A DNA stretch of 64,000 nt from Octopus bimaculoides (taxonomy: Eukaryota), in assembly GCF_001194135.2 (NCBI RefSeq), contig NC_068997.1, forward strand, positions 30,363,461 through 30,427,460, in the 5' to 3' direction. Positions 52,509 to 64,000 of this stretch are shown here, piece by piece. The position numbers and the translations under genes were made by a program. The notes under the pieces were generated by a model that saw nothing but the letters and a program-made list of their open reading frames with translations, had not been told where the DNA came from and searched no databases. Position 1 is the stretch's first letter. Each line of letters starts with the position of its first letter.

Positions 52509-53145
52509 ATTGTTATCATTCTCATTACTNNNNNNNNNNNNNNNNNNNNNNNNNNNNNNNNNNNNNNNNNNNNNNNNNNNNNNNNNNNNNNNNNNNNNNN
52601 NNNNNNNNNNNNNNNNNNNNNNNNNNNNNNNNNNNNNNNNNNNNNNNNNNNNNNNNNNNNNNNNNNNNNNNNNNNNNNNNNNNNNNNNNNNNNNNNNNNN
52701 NNNNNNNNNNNNNNNNNNNNNNNNNNNNNNNNNNNNNNNNNATCAGATTACTCTTGATATTTCTCCCAAATGGGATTATGAGCCAGATTTTATTATCCTT
52801 ATTATTATCCTCATGGTTATTAATATTGTTTTTAAAGAATTTTAAGTTACCTATGTTGTGTTTAGGAGAGCAATAAAAATAGAAAATTAAGGAGTTATCT
52901 CCCCTATAATAACAGAAAGATGAACTGTAACGGGATTTTAATAATTTAATGATCGTTATGTATGTGTTTTTTCATGTTTTGTTCCGATGGTAACCATTCC
53001 TGAAGAAGTGCCAAATGTCAAAATCCAATGGACCAGTCACTGGATAAGTTTGGCACAGAAATGTTAACATAGAGTGGTGAATAAATCGATATATCGAGTT
53101 TGAAGTCTCTGTCTCTTTTGAATATGCAAATTTAAAAGTTAAAAA
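51294..53145 (-). mobile_element. Penelope-like element with GIY-YIG domain between inverted terminal repeats
   Basis: About 281-bp inverted repeats 51294-51574 and 52864-53145 (few mismatches); NIIYQC...YLGCT...RISNHFSCF...LSKYIWDLK...CSLC...CTH at ~51996-52360. Confidence 0.85.
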
Positions 53146-53609
53146 CCTGGGATCACATTTTCATATGTAAACTGTTTCTTTGTATTATGTCATAAGGATG
53201 ACTAAACATGGAGTTTCACTGAACCTAATGTTTGAAGCATTGTGTTTTTCTGTTGTATATTGGTAAAACATGGAAGAAGGTTTTCTCTCTGTATAGCTGT
53301 TATAATACTTACTGTATCTTTTACTGATACTCAAAAATGTGTCTCCTATGGAAGTTACATATAGTACTTTTTGACACACGGTATACTCTATTTTTAACTT
53401 TGTAATTTAGAGATGTGTTGTATTACATATTTTGTGACCATTTTCACTGGTAACGTTGTCAAAAACAAATGACTTACAACTGCTAGAGAATGAATGGCAT
53501 TCATTAATACCAGCAGGAAAGGATCAGCAAATGTTATATTAAACTCTGAGTTGAAAAGATATTTGCGATCAAGAGGTAAAAAGTAACAACAAAATATCTG
53601 ATGCGCAAA

Positions 53610-54568
53610 ATGGATAGAAGGCAGCAACTATTTCCATATGCCACAATTAGTGCCATGTGTGATTAATACAAAAGGTGACTGTATGATGCTTGTGTGCAAA
53701 CAGCCATGCTACACAGCAGTGAAACATGGGTCACAACTGCTGAGGACATGCATAGGCTTCACAGAAATGAAGCTAGTATGCTCTTCTGGATGTGTAATGT
53801 CAGTGTGCATACATGACAGAGTGTAAACGTCCTGAGAGAAAAGGTGGACATAAGAAGCATCAGATGTGGTGTGCAAGAGAGACGACTGCAGGTATGGTGA
53901 TATATTGTGTATGGATGAGGACAGCTGTGTGAAGAAGTGTCACACCCAAACAGTGGAGGGAACCTGTGGAGGAGATAGACCCAAGAAGACATGGGATGAA
54001 GTGCTGAAGAACAACCTTTGAACGTTAGGCCTCTCAGAGGCAATGGCAAGCAACTGAGACCTTTGAAGATTTGCTGTGCTTGAGAAGACCCAGCTAGCCA
54101 AGTGAGATTGTAGTCGTAGCTAAAGCCAGTGTCACATAACTGGCCCATTTAAGAGTATTCTTCAATCGTCGGGTAGTATGCTGTGCTTGAGAAGACTTGT
54201 TGAGTCAAGTGAAATAGTCATGGTCAATGCCAGTGCCACCTGACTGGCACCCTTGCCAGTGGCTCATAAAATACACCATTCAAGCATGGTCGATGCCAGT
54301 GCAGCCTGACTGGCTCCTGTGCCGGTGGCATATAAAAAGCACCATTCAAGCATGGTCGATGCCAGTGCTGCCTGACTGGCTCCCATGCCAGTGGCACATA
54401 AAAAGCACCCACTACACTTTTGGAGTAGTTGGCATTAGGAAGGGCATCCAGCTGTAGAAACCTTGCCAGATTAGATTGCAACCAGGTGCAGCCTTCTGGC
54501 TTACCAGTCCCAGTCAACCCGTTCAACCCATGCCATCAGGGAAAGTGGATGTTAAATGATGATGATGC
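53610..54568 (+). mobile_element. RTE LINE 3' fragment with repeat-containing UTR and (GAT)n tail
   Basis: SSETWVTTAEDMHR...NVLREKVDIRSIRCGVQERRL; ends GTTAAATGATGATGATG. Confidence 0.88.
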
Positions 54569-54619
54569 GTGACCCACATCATAAACTGCAATCCCAAAAC
54601 GAGATCATGGTACTATTTA

Positions 54620-55052
54620 CCTATGAGGTATAGGACAATGGACAAAAGTACTGTATAATGCAATTCAGAGCTAGGAAGGTAGGATAGTCCTCAAAATGGA
54701 CATTGCAGCAGTTAAAGTGATGAAAAGTGTATAAAGAACCCCTTCGGTCATGAATGATCATGGGATTGCACCTAGAAAGTTCTCCTCCAAGGCACAAGTC
54801 TGGGTAAGATTGTTTATGGAATAGCTGCCCATGCATACCAGTCTCTCCTCTCTATGCCACCGATGTTATTCAAGGGAAAGGCAAATGCTGATACAGCTTG
54901 ACACCAGTGATGTTGCAACTCATTTCCACAGCTGAGTGAACTGGAGCAACATGAAATGAAGTGTCTTGCTCCAGACCACAACGCACAGCATGGTCCAGGA
55001 ATCGAATTCTCTATCTCTTGATTGTGAGCCGAACACACTACTCACTGAACCA
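54620..55052 (-). mobile_element. tRNA-derived SINE (third family)
   Basis: Minus-strand head ATGGTTCAGTGAGTAG...GAATTCGATTCC followed by GAGCAAGACACTTCATTTCATGTTGCTCCAG. Confidence 0.65.
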
Positions 55053-55213
55053 TGAAGGAATATTCTTACTCACATTATGACAAATATTTGGTGGAATGCT
55101 ACTGTAAAATATAATAAATTTAAAGTAACATTTCAATTCAAATCACTTACATAAAGGACAACAGTTAACAACAGGAATTAGAAATGGTAAGTATAAAAAG
55201 AAATATGACTTAC

Positions 55214-55283
55214 GTTTTTTTTGGTTCCTTATCCAAGTTCTGTAACAATGAATGGAAGCATAACATGAGATTATAAAATGGAT
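55214..55283 (-). CDS. Candidate TRPM linker exon
   Basis: 70 nt with AACAG acceptor and GTAAGT donor. Frame PFYNLMLCFHSLLQNLDKEPKK ends in phase 2, matching the 27005 exon, but needs another upstream exon; no recognisable motif. Confidence 0.35.
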
Positions 55284-56329
55284 CTGTTTTATTTTATTTT
55301 ATTGTCTACATGTTAAAATATATTTACATTTAATATTATCACTGTCATATCATCAGATTTCTAGTAATATTATGTCTGTGTATTTAAGCTTTCGTTGAAA
55401 CTATAGAATTTGTATGATAAGAACTGAGTTTATTATTTTAATACTGGACTATAAAGAAAACGTTGCAAGTGAGAGGTGTCAACCACCATGTGGTCAAACT
55501 GAAATATTTTACAGTAAGTTCAATTTTTTATGTTGATGTATCCAGTTCAGATTAATATTCTAATAGTGTTCTGGTTACAGTGAATCTCCTGTAAAAGAGT
55601 TGCATATATTGCTTCGAGAAAATGGAACTTGAAATATAGAAGGAATGGAGAAAATGAATGTATGACAAATTCTTTGGACATCTGAGAGTAAATTGATAAG
55701 ACACACACAAAAAAACCCCCAACCAAGTGGCATGCAGAAGAGAATGAGAACTGCAGAGGATGGTTGAGTTATACAGTGATTAAGATAGTGGCATAGTATA
55801 TAGTGAACTGATTGGAAGTATGATGGATGTATGTGATTTATGACCTTTTGTCTCTATTTAAAGAGCTTTGAAAATGTTTTGGCAGCTACATTTGACAGGA
55901 TGAACAGCCACAAAGAGGCTTTCACTTTGGCTCATCAAGCATTAAATTTTATTAGTTCCATCACATTTCTGGTACTGAACCTATGGCTTTATTTCTGTTA
56001 CGTTTGCAGTCATACCATCTGGTAATTCCTTCCAAATCTTCTGTCAACTTCAATTAGGACACACAAAATATAAGAAGAACTATTTTTTAAATGAAATTGT
56101 AGCCAGTTAAGCAGATAGAAATAGCAAGCAATCCTTCTTAAGTCACACCTGCCCATCATCAATAAGAACAGGCACATTGGTTTATGTAGTCCTAGATATA
56201 TCTTGTCTGAATGAAAGACAGAAAAATGATGGCAGTAATATCATTGACAATAAGTTTGTTTGATTAATGGACTGATTCACCATTATGTTCAACTAAGATA
56301 ATGAAGATGACATTGAAAGTGAGATGTGG

Positions 56330-57010
56330 CAACTAGTTCAATGGAGAACATAAATTATTAAATTAAAAGACAAAGGTAGAGACTTCTTGAATTATAGCAG
56401 ACTATTTTGATAATAAGACCAATATCGTTCATACTGCTATGTTATCAAATAATTCTATGGCAGCAATGAGCCTAATTATAAAAGCTCAAGATCAAGAGAT
56501 AAAAACAAACAATATGAGAAAATATGTGTATAGAGAGAAGGTATCAGGAAAATGTATTTGTGGAACATGGAATGAGACAGTGACACACAATTTTGTATAA
56601 TGTCCCAAGTTGACACAGGGAGAATATAAGAAATGAAGGCATGATAAAGTTGTGAAAGTTTTACACTGGAAGCTTTGTCAGAAATGGGGATTTGAGCTGG
56701 AGCGAGTTGGTATTATCAAAAGAGGGCTGGGGTTAGAGAAATGCAAAATGCTATGGGATTTTCCTATTCAAATGAACAAGAATCTGGAACATAAAAGATC
56801 AGATACAAAATATAAGAATACTAGACAAAGAAAAGTGAAGAACTGTAAAGAAAGAGGATGAAAAAATACAATCCTTTGAAATTTGAAATTGCAAGTGAAC
56901 TGTAATGGTGCATGAAAATTGAAAAGTTTGAAAGAGATTGGAAAAGATTGTCTTGGAGAGCCTCTACAGAAAGTTTGCCTGCTACAAGCATAAGTTCTAC
57001 CTGGAATAAG
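56330..57010 (+). mobile_element. Degenerate R4/Dong-like (RLE) non-LTR retrotransposon C-terminus
   Basis: ETVTH...CPKLTQGEYKK*RHDKVVKVLHWKLC...MLWDFPIQ...LEHKRSD (CCHC and PD-endonuclease region). Confidence 0.75.
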
Positions 57011-57288
57011 AATGAATCTGAGTTAAACCATAATCAACAATTATTATAATATTAATGATTTCAATTTTTTACCACAAGGGCAGCTTGTGAGAGGGGATTA
57101 AATCAATTAGATTGATTCCAGTGTATAACTGGTACTTATTTAATCAACCCCAAAAGATCAAAGGTCAAGTCGACCTTGGAATAATAATGATAATAATAAT
57201 ATATCTAAGGATATTGATAATTATAACCAATGATATTGAGAATATTGATAACGGTAAGCTATGACAGTAATAAAGTAACAAATATTAC

Positions 57289-57351
57289 CTGTTTCTTGTC
57301 ATCAAACTTTATCAGAAATAGAAACAATGGACACAATGTACAGAGCAACAA
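57289..57351 (-). CDS. TRPM-like channel exon (pre-S1 hydrophobic helix)
   Basis: 63 nt, strong TTTTTCTTTATTCTTCTTTCAG acceptor, GTAATA donor; LLLCTLCPLFLFLIKFDDKKQ resembles the TRPM L...CP.L...I.F segment; position fits the order of the other exons. Confidence 0.72.
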
Positions 57352-58209
57352 CTGAAAGAAGAATAAAGAAAAACATAGGAAACTGTTATTACATCATGGT
57401 CACACATGTGAACTATTTCAGGCACAAAGGAAGTAGTCCCTACTTCTGTTAGTGTTAGTATCCAATCTGTGTGTGTGTGTGTGTGTGTGTGTTAAGGATT
57501 CAAAGGAATCAAGTACTTTATTAATATGCACCAGGTATGGTCAAAATTAAACTTGTAAACAACACCTTTATTTGAATGGGTACCGGAGTACATTGTGTAA
57601 AAAATTCAGGTTATGTTTACAGAGAATTTAAATCTTATGAATATTCTAATAAACTATGGGCTAATCCAAAAGTGTACATTGTAATGGTCATACACAATTT
57701 GGTATACTACAGAATATCCAATAGGTCAGGATTCCAGTATGATGTATTATGAACAAATAAATGAATACGATAAAGATGGATACACGTCACTTCATTACAG
57801 CTGTTTCCAGTGGATTTCTTTAACATTACATCATAACTAAGAAAAATCACGTTCATCAGATGATACATAAATTTCAAAACAATATAAGAACAGCACTTTA
57901 CTACAGTGGTCCAGCCAAAGCTGGCTTGGAATGGGTGAAACAGCAAAGCCGGTGTAGGTGCAGTTATCTCCTCTGCTGGTAGCTGTCTAAATAGCTCACC
58001 ACTAGGTGGCACAGCATGTAACTATGAGGTTCTGGCACTTAGTCCTTTCTCTTTGTCATCGCAACCAGCAGTCCAGCAGTGTGCGAGGACATGACCTCCT
58101 TTAGCTCTTGCATAAGGCACACAACAGCTAATAGACATTGAGCAGCTATGACGTAAGCTACTCTTCTGCTGAACTCTGTTGCATCACTGTGGCACTTCCT
58201 GGCCAAATG

Positions 58210-58720
58210 TTGGTGCTTGTCGACTTACCGAATGCAGATCCTGCATCTTACGTCACATAACTCAGGTCATTCTCTGCAACCAGTTATTCCTCGCAACCAT
58301 ACTGTTTCTTCTGCAGTACCTCTGCATATTTCTAATTGGACTCATGTGTTTGTAAGAAATGATGCCATCAAGGGCCAACTCACAACTCCCTACTCTGGTC
58401 TCTATTGTGTTCTTAGGAGTACACCGAAACTGTTTACTATGGACATTCATGGAAAAAACGAGACTGTCTCTATTGACAGAGTTAAAAAAAGGCTTTTCCG
58501 AAACATTTATGCCACTTGCTGACACACCCATCATTCCACAAACACTGCCACCTCCACCCCCACAAGCACCACTTCCACCCCCACAAGCACCACTTCCACT
58601 TACCAAAACACCAACTACACAAAAGCATTCTTCACCCTACAGCACACCTTCTGGCAGATCAGTTCATTGGCTGAAGAAATTGTCTCAGACACTTTACATT
58701 TCTTAACTTTGTCTTGCCGG
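58210..58720 (+). mobile_element. Ty3/Gypsy integrase C-terminal remnant
   Basis: WTHVFVRNDAIKGQLTTPYSG...ETVSIDRVK; TPSGRSVHW. Confidence 0.8.
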
Positions 58721-59020
58721 TAACTGTTCGAGAGATTAGACTTACGTGTTATAGACACAACACTCATATTTCTTCTCTCTGTGTATCATTGTGCATTTTC
58801 ACATATTCACTTACAAAGAAACACTTTATATATGTACTTACGCAGCATACACACATCTTTCAGCAAGATTTTTGTATAATACTTTGTTCTGTTTGATTGG
58901 ACACCTTTATTTCCTGAACATTTCTTTGTTTGTACACATTTGCATTCTATTTTTCAATTGTTCTGCCACAGTCTGGATTCTGTGTATCACACATTTTGTT
59001 CTCTACAAGAACAGACATTT

Positions 59021-59581
59021 CGGATCTTTTTTAAAACGGGGGCCACATTTTTCATTAATGAAACACTTTGAAACTTGGAACACTGGTAGAATGTGTCATA
59101 TAAAACATCTTTTTCTCTTAGTCTTCTTAAAAAAAAAAGAAATCCCTAAGTTATTCCATGTTAAAGTTGTCGTATTTCTGTAATTTCAACCAATCACTGG
59201 CGTCCATTCAGCCGATATACATTAAGTGCCGACTACATAAACAAACGATTCTGAAACAATTCTATCGGTGATAGGGTTAGGGTTAGGATAAATCAGCAAA
59301 TTTAAAAAGAAAAAAGCAAAACGAAGCTATGGAAATTAAATACGCTTTACACCGCTTAATCAGCCAAAGGAGTAAATGTAAACAACTGAATACTTGTCAG
59401 TGATTGGTTGAAATTATCGAAATAAGACAATTTTTTACATGAAATAAATTCGAATACAAAAATATTTTTCTGTTCTATAACACAAAATAGATAAGTATAC
59501 GAAGTTTGAAAGTCTTTCGGTACCAAAAACACTACGAAAAACATTAATGAAAAATGTAGCCCCCGTTTTAAAAAAGATCCG
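59021..59581. mobile_element. MITE / non-autonomous DNA transposon with ~40-bp TIRs
   Basis: CGGATCTTTTTTAAAACGGGGGC.ACATTTTTCATTAATG at 59021-59060 and its reverse complement at 59542-59581; ACATTT directly repeated on both sides. Confidence 0.82.
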
Positions 59582-62539
59582 ACATTTCTTTCTGCCTGTT
59601 CCCTCTGTGTTTCTACACATGCATTGTTCATACAACTGTTTTACCATGTTTCATTCTTCTGTGCCTTTCAATCACACGTGTACTTTTTGTCTACCTTCCA
59701 TTTGACCGATTGTGGTGGTGGTCGGGGTGGGGCTTTAGACATAGTTACCTCCCCTGACAGTAGCTGTCTAAATAGCTTGCCGCTAGGTGGCACAGCATCT
59801 AACTCTGAGGTTCCGGCACTTAGTCCTCTCTTTTTGTCATCGTAACCAGCAGCGTGCGAGGACATGACCTCTTCTAGCTCTTGCATAAGGCATGCAACAA
59901 CTAACAGACATTGAGCAGCTGTGATGTAGGATACACAGAAGCTAAACATGGATTTTTACTTATAGATACTGTTCACGATTTATTCAACTTGTATATGTAA
60001 GGAACGACCATGCGAACTCAAAAAGGAGAAATGGTGACGAATGGAAAAACAGAGGACTCCTTTTATTTAAACGTGTCACACGGTCGAACACAAAATAATA
60101 TATCTATCAATGATGTGTTATGCGACGATAACATAGATGACCAGTAATGAAAGACCACAACCGTATTAGATGAATAACAGAGATATTTATTGTAGCGTTA
60201 AAGATGTATGTCTGTGTGTGAGTGTGAATGCGACATATAAGAACATAATCAAAGACAGGCCGTCATACAAAGAAAAGTATGTATGTGAGTGATACATGTG
60301 TGTGTATGTGAATTATTACAGCAAATAGAGAGTCAGTAAATAACACGTGAGCAATTATACCAGTTCGTTAGTACACTATNNNNNNNNNNNNNNNNNNNNN
60401 NNNNNNNNNNNNNNNNNNNNNNNNNNNNNNNNNNNNNNNNNNNNNNNNNNNNNNNNNNNNNNNNNNNNNNNNNNNNNNNNNNNNNNNNNNNNNNNNNNNN
60501 NNNNNNNNNNNNNNNNNNNNNNNNNNNNNNNNNNNNNNNNNNNNNNNNNNNNNNNNNNNCTAACAGAATCGAAGAGAGAGATGTGTGCCGCGGTGGTTTA
60601 GTTTGGTGTACATAGAAAGTCGTGTTGACGCTGGTGGAGATGGATGCTTGGTAGTAATCGTGTTGGTCATGACGATGTTGCTGGATAGTAGTCGTAGACT
60701 CTTGTTGCTGATGTGGCGACGGCGGTGGTTATCGTTGGCTGGACGAAGCTGTTGAAGTGGTCGCTGGCTGATTGTTGCTGCTGCTGTCGTGTGGTACACG
60801 GAACAGATCTCAAAGAGAAACTGGACAGAGACAAATTTGTTGGGTATGAGTTTATCTATTTATAGCGTTAAGAGGGCTCCAAGACGGTGATAGAAAAACA
60901 CTATCACGTGACCTTATTAAGGGCTGTGATTGGTCAGTTTGCGTTCTGGCGGGAATGGTTCGAAGAATTNNNNNNNNNNCGTGACCTTATTAAGGGCTGT
61001 GATTGGTCAGTTTGCGTTCTGGCGGGAATGGTTCGAAGAATTTGCCGCTTCAAATAATAATCAGTTACGTGATGACAAGGCTGGTGTTTTCCCCTATGTT
61101 CGCGTTTGCTTATATTTAAATGAGAAGAATGGCGATAGCAGTTTTGTATCTAGTGACGATAGGTAGTTTCACTACATATATATTTGTGACCTGGAATAAA
61201 AACATTTAAAAGCTACAACTTGGTTCTGTGGATATTCATTTTACAGTGTTCTTTCTTTGAATTACATCTTCTATTCCAGATTTCTGAATGGAGTCATTAT
61301 TAGATGGTTTCACTACCTGAGGCCACAACCATCTATACCAGGATGATATTAAGAGACCAGTTAGTAGATAGGGCATTCAAAAGATTTATAGCTTCAGGGC
61401 AGTTAGTGAGCATGTGAGTGGTGGGAGAGAGTAAAGGATCCAAGCGATCCATTTCATTGTCATCTTAAGGATAATGTTTGAGTTGAATAGAAAGAGAAGG
61501 AACTTAGTCTATTCATGAAATCCACTGGAAACAACTGTAATGAAGTGACATGTATACATCTTTATGTTATTTTTTTATTTGTTTATACACACACACATAC
61601 GAATGAGGGAAACGGAAAAGGGAGTTAGCAAGAATCTTTATTCAATACAAGGATCGCTTCGACCCATCCTGCTTCTGTCCCTTGCGGGTGGGATATTGTG
61701 CAGTTAGTTTGTGTTGTATTCACCAGTGCAGGCTACATCTCATCAGATGTCTCTCTTTAAATAAGGTATTTCGCTACATATACTCGGTTTCGCTTGATGT
61801 TAGCCCAGACATCTGTAACTGACTGTAAACTGACTGCAGCAGGGAAGCAGATACCCTGTATCTCTTTGCCTGTAATATCACTATCTCAGTTATTTATGAC
61901 CATATTCAGTGATGTCTCCTCAACAGTACAAATGTGTGGGGAGTTTGTGTATACGTCTATATATGTGTTCACGGCAACAAGTGCACACTTTTCCTTCTTC
62001 GCTTTATCTTTTAAATCATATCCTTTGTCATTTTTTATTCTCTACCTTTTATTACTTTACCTTATGTCATGTATTCTCTATGAACTATAGCCAGGTCCAT
62101 TTACGACTGCAGAAATTGTTTCCATCCTCTATTAGTATAGTCAACAACCTACTGGCAAAACTGAATATTTTATATGTATGATCATAAACTGTTTATCCAA
62201 GCAGTACGTCTATGTAATTCAAATTTATCTAACATGTATTGAGATTATTGTTGAATTATGTACGTAACCTAAGAGTGTGTCTGTGTGTCTGACTTAACTA
62301 TGAAGCATGTGTGGGAGACAGTATGCTACTAGACATATATGTTACCCTGGAGAAGATGTACTGACTTATGGACAGATGAAAATATAGCATATACATGCAT
62401 GTATAAATATGTATGTAGAGCTGTGTGCATGGAAGAGTAAATATCTCAATACATATTAGGATGCATGATTATACACCTAGAATACAGATATTTGTATGTG
62501 GGCCAATATATATGTATATAAATATATTGATATGACGCC

Positions 62540-64000
62540 GATAAACAAAAATAACGTTATGTCCCTCTTCCACGAGCTGAGTTTGAAACCGTGTTCTAGT
62601 TGTTCAGGACAGTGGTATTTCCTTTGTCCTGTCAACGAGCACGGTTATTTATGGCGTAGGAATGTGATCTCTGACTCTTTCCGGTCATCGAAAGTTTAAA
62701 AAGAGATAGGAACTGTACGAAACTGACCTAGCGTTGGAGGGGAAACGCAGCACTGTTGGGTACGGTATGCCGATCTTTCTGGCTGATTATCTGTCATAAA
62801 TACGGAGCGTAGATTTGGGAATCGCAGTTGGTGTAAACGCGGTCAGCCGGTGAAGAACGAGTGGAGTAACAGCAGCGGTCAGTGAAGATGGACTGAGTAG
62901 TCGGTGATAGTGACTGACAGAAAGAGACTGACAGAGAGAGGCTGTCAGCAAAATGGATAGAAGGCAGCCAGTGACTGAGAAGGTAGCCCGTAAGAAAGGC
63001 AGATAGGAACAGAGCCAGGAAGAGAGAGAGAGAGAGAGACAGAGAGAACTGTTGTGGCAAAGTGATGTAGTGGCTGTTATATGGACTGTTAGATATGTAA
63101 TTCGTCTGACGTTCCGTGTGTCACTGTGGTTCGTCTGAGTTCATTGTTTCATTGTTGTTGTCTTGTGGGACTGTCGTAGTAAAATGTCATTGAGATATAT
63201 ATGGCGAACATGACTTTTGTTTATTCATAACGAACATTGGGTGAGTGCGTTCTTTGTATGTAATTGAATAACAAATGTAATAATTAAATTTGTATAACTC
63301 GTTGTGTTATCTCTGCGAGTCACCCGAGGGAAATACAACAGAGTTTATTGGCATCGCCGATAGGATACATGCTTACTTTACCGTAAAATTATTCATCATT
63401 ATAACAATGGCTGAAAAACAGACAGTAGAACTTATTAAATTGTTTATAGAACAAATGGACAAGCAAATGCAACAACATCAGAGAGATATGGACGCTCTGT
63501 TAAAACTGTTTGGTGCTCGACAAGTTGAAGGCGATTCTAATGGCTATTTTTCAGCTGCTTCAACAACAGTGTCGATTCCACCATTTGCTGCATTTGATTC
63601 AGCGACAGAACTATGGCCTGATTACTGGTCAAGATTCCGTACGTTTGTGGCTGCTAATGCTGTACCTGAAAAACGCATGGCACAAGTGTTCCTGACCAAT
63701 CAGACAGCTACTGTTTACAAGCAAATTACTAATCTGGCTACCCAACAAAATCCGCCTAAAGATATCAACAACTTGATAATGGACGAAATCGTTGACTTCA
63801 TGAAGGAACAGTTCGACCCTAAACTTTTCATTGTGAGAGAGCGTTTCAAGTTTTGGAGTGATATGCAGCGGAAGCCAGGCGAAACTCTCCAGGAGCTGGC
63901 AGCACGTATACGCCAAGATGCAGCTACCTGTGATTTTCCAGCGATCACCAACCCACAGGATGAAGCTCTGAGACAGAGATTCATATGTTCGGTTAACAAT
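62540..64000 (+). mobile_element. 5' LTR, PBS and gag of a Ty3/Gypsy element running off the window
   Basis: LTR end ...ATACAACA at 63340 (LTR start approximate); PBS TGGCATCGCCGATAGGAT 63349-63366 (tRNA-Ser-like); open gag follows. Confidence 0.8.
63407..64000 (+). CDS. Retrotransposon Gag (open, 198 codons, incomplete at the window edge)
   Basis: MAEKQTVELIKLF...IPPFAAFDSATELWPDYWSRF...ERFKFWSDMQRKPGETLQELAARIR...CDF...RQRFICSVNN; no stop codon, so absent from the ORF track. Confidence 0.85.
   Translation, partial: MAEKQTVELIKLFIEQMDKQMQQHQRDMDALLKLFGARQVEGDSNGYFSAASTTVSIPPFAAFDSATELWPDYWSRFRTFVAANAVPEKRMAQVFLTNQTATVYKQITNLATQQNPPKDINNLIMDEIVDFMKEQFDPKLFIVRERFKFWSDMQRKPGETLQELAARIRQDAATCDFPAITNPQDEALRQRFICSVNN

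Larger units (their letters stand above)
57960..59935 (+). repeat. Pair of ~195-bp diverged direct repeats (57960-58155 and 59740-59935)
   Basis: TAGCTGTCTAAATAGCT...TAGGTGGCACAGCAT...GCGAGGACATGACCTC...GACATTGAGCAGCT in both copies. Confidence 0.8.

Noticed and set aside
53478-53545. Exon-like GT-AG segments on the minus strand (also ~53311-53385 and 39189-39316)
   Set aside because: They have open frames and plausible splice sites, but carry no recognisable TRPM motif for their position and could not be phased consistently with the confident exons; RNA-seq is needed.
61730-61820. CTGATGA and CGAAAC motifs on the minus strand suggesting a type II hammerhead
   Set aside because: Four extra bases separate stem II from GAAA and stem I is out of register, so no canonical fold can be drawn.

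Overview
Repeat-dense animal genomic DNA with 13 assembly gaps. The SINE and RTE families look like those of Octopus (my recognition, not a database result). The only host gene I can support is a TRPM-like cation channel on the minus strand: three convincing small exons at 57289-57351, 26927-27005 and 24955-25083, plus one candidate. Most of the rest is transposon debris in or next to its introns: tRNA-SINEs, RTE, CR1 and R4-type LINEs, Penelope-like elements with hammerhead ribozymes, Ty3/Gypsy elements, two Helitrons, a mariner and a MITE. The most unusual feature is two head-to-tail trains of Tx1/L1-clade retroelements. In the first (296-5400), three elements are stacked at one position inside a single tRNA-derived SINE, with an identical 16-bp AAGTAGCTTGCTTACC repeat at all four junctions. 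No endonuclease domain is visible in any of these elements, two appear to carry only ORF1, and all share a conserved 3' tail motif. This suggests a SINE-targeting, trans-mobilised family of half-L1-like elements. Coordinates marked ~ or of degraded repeats are approximate.
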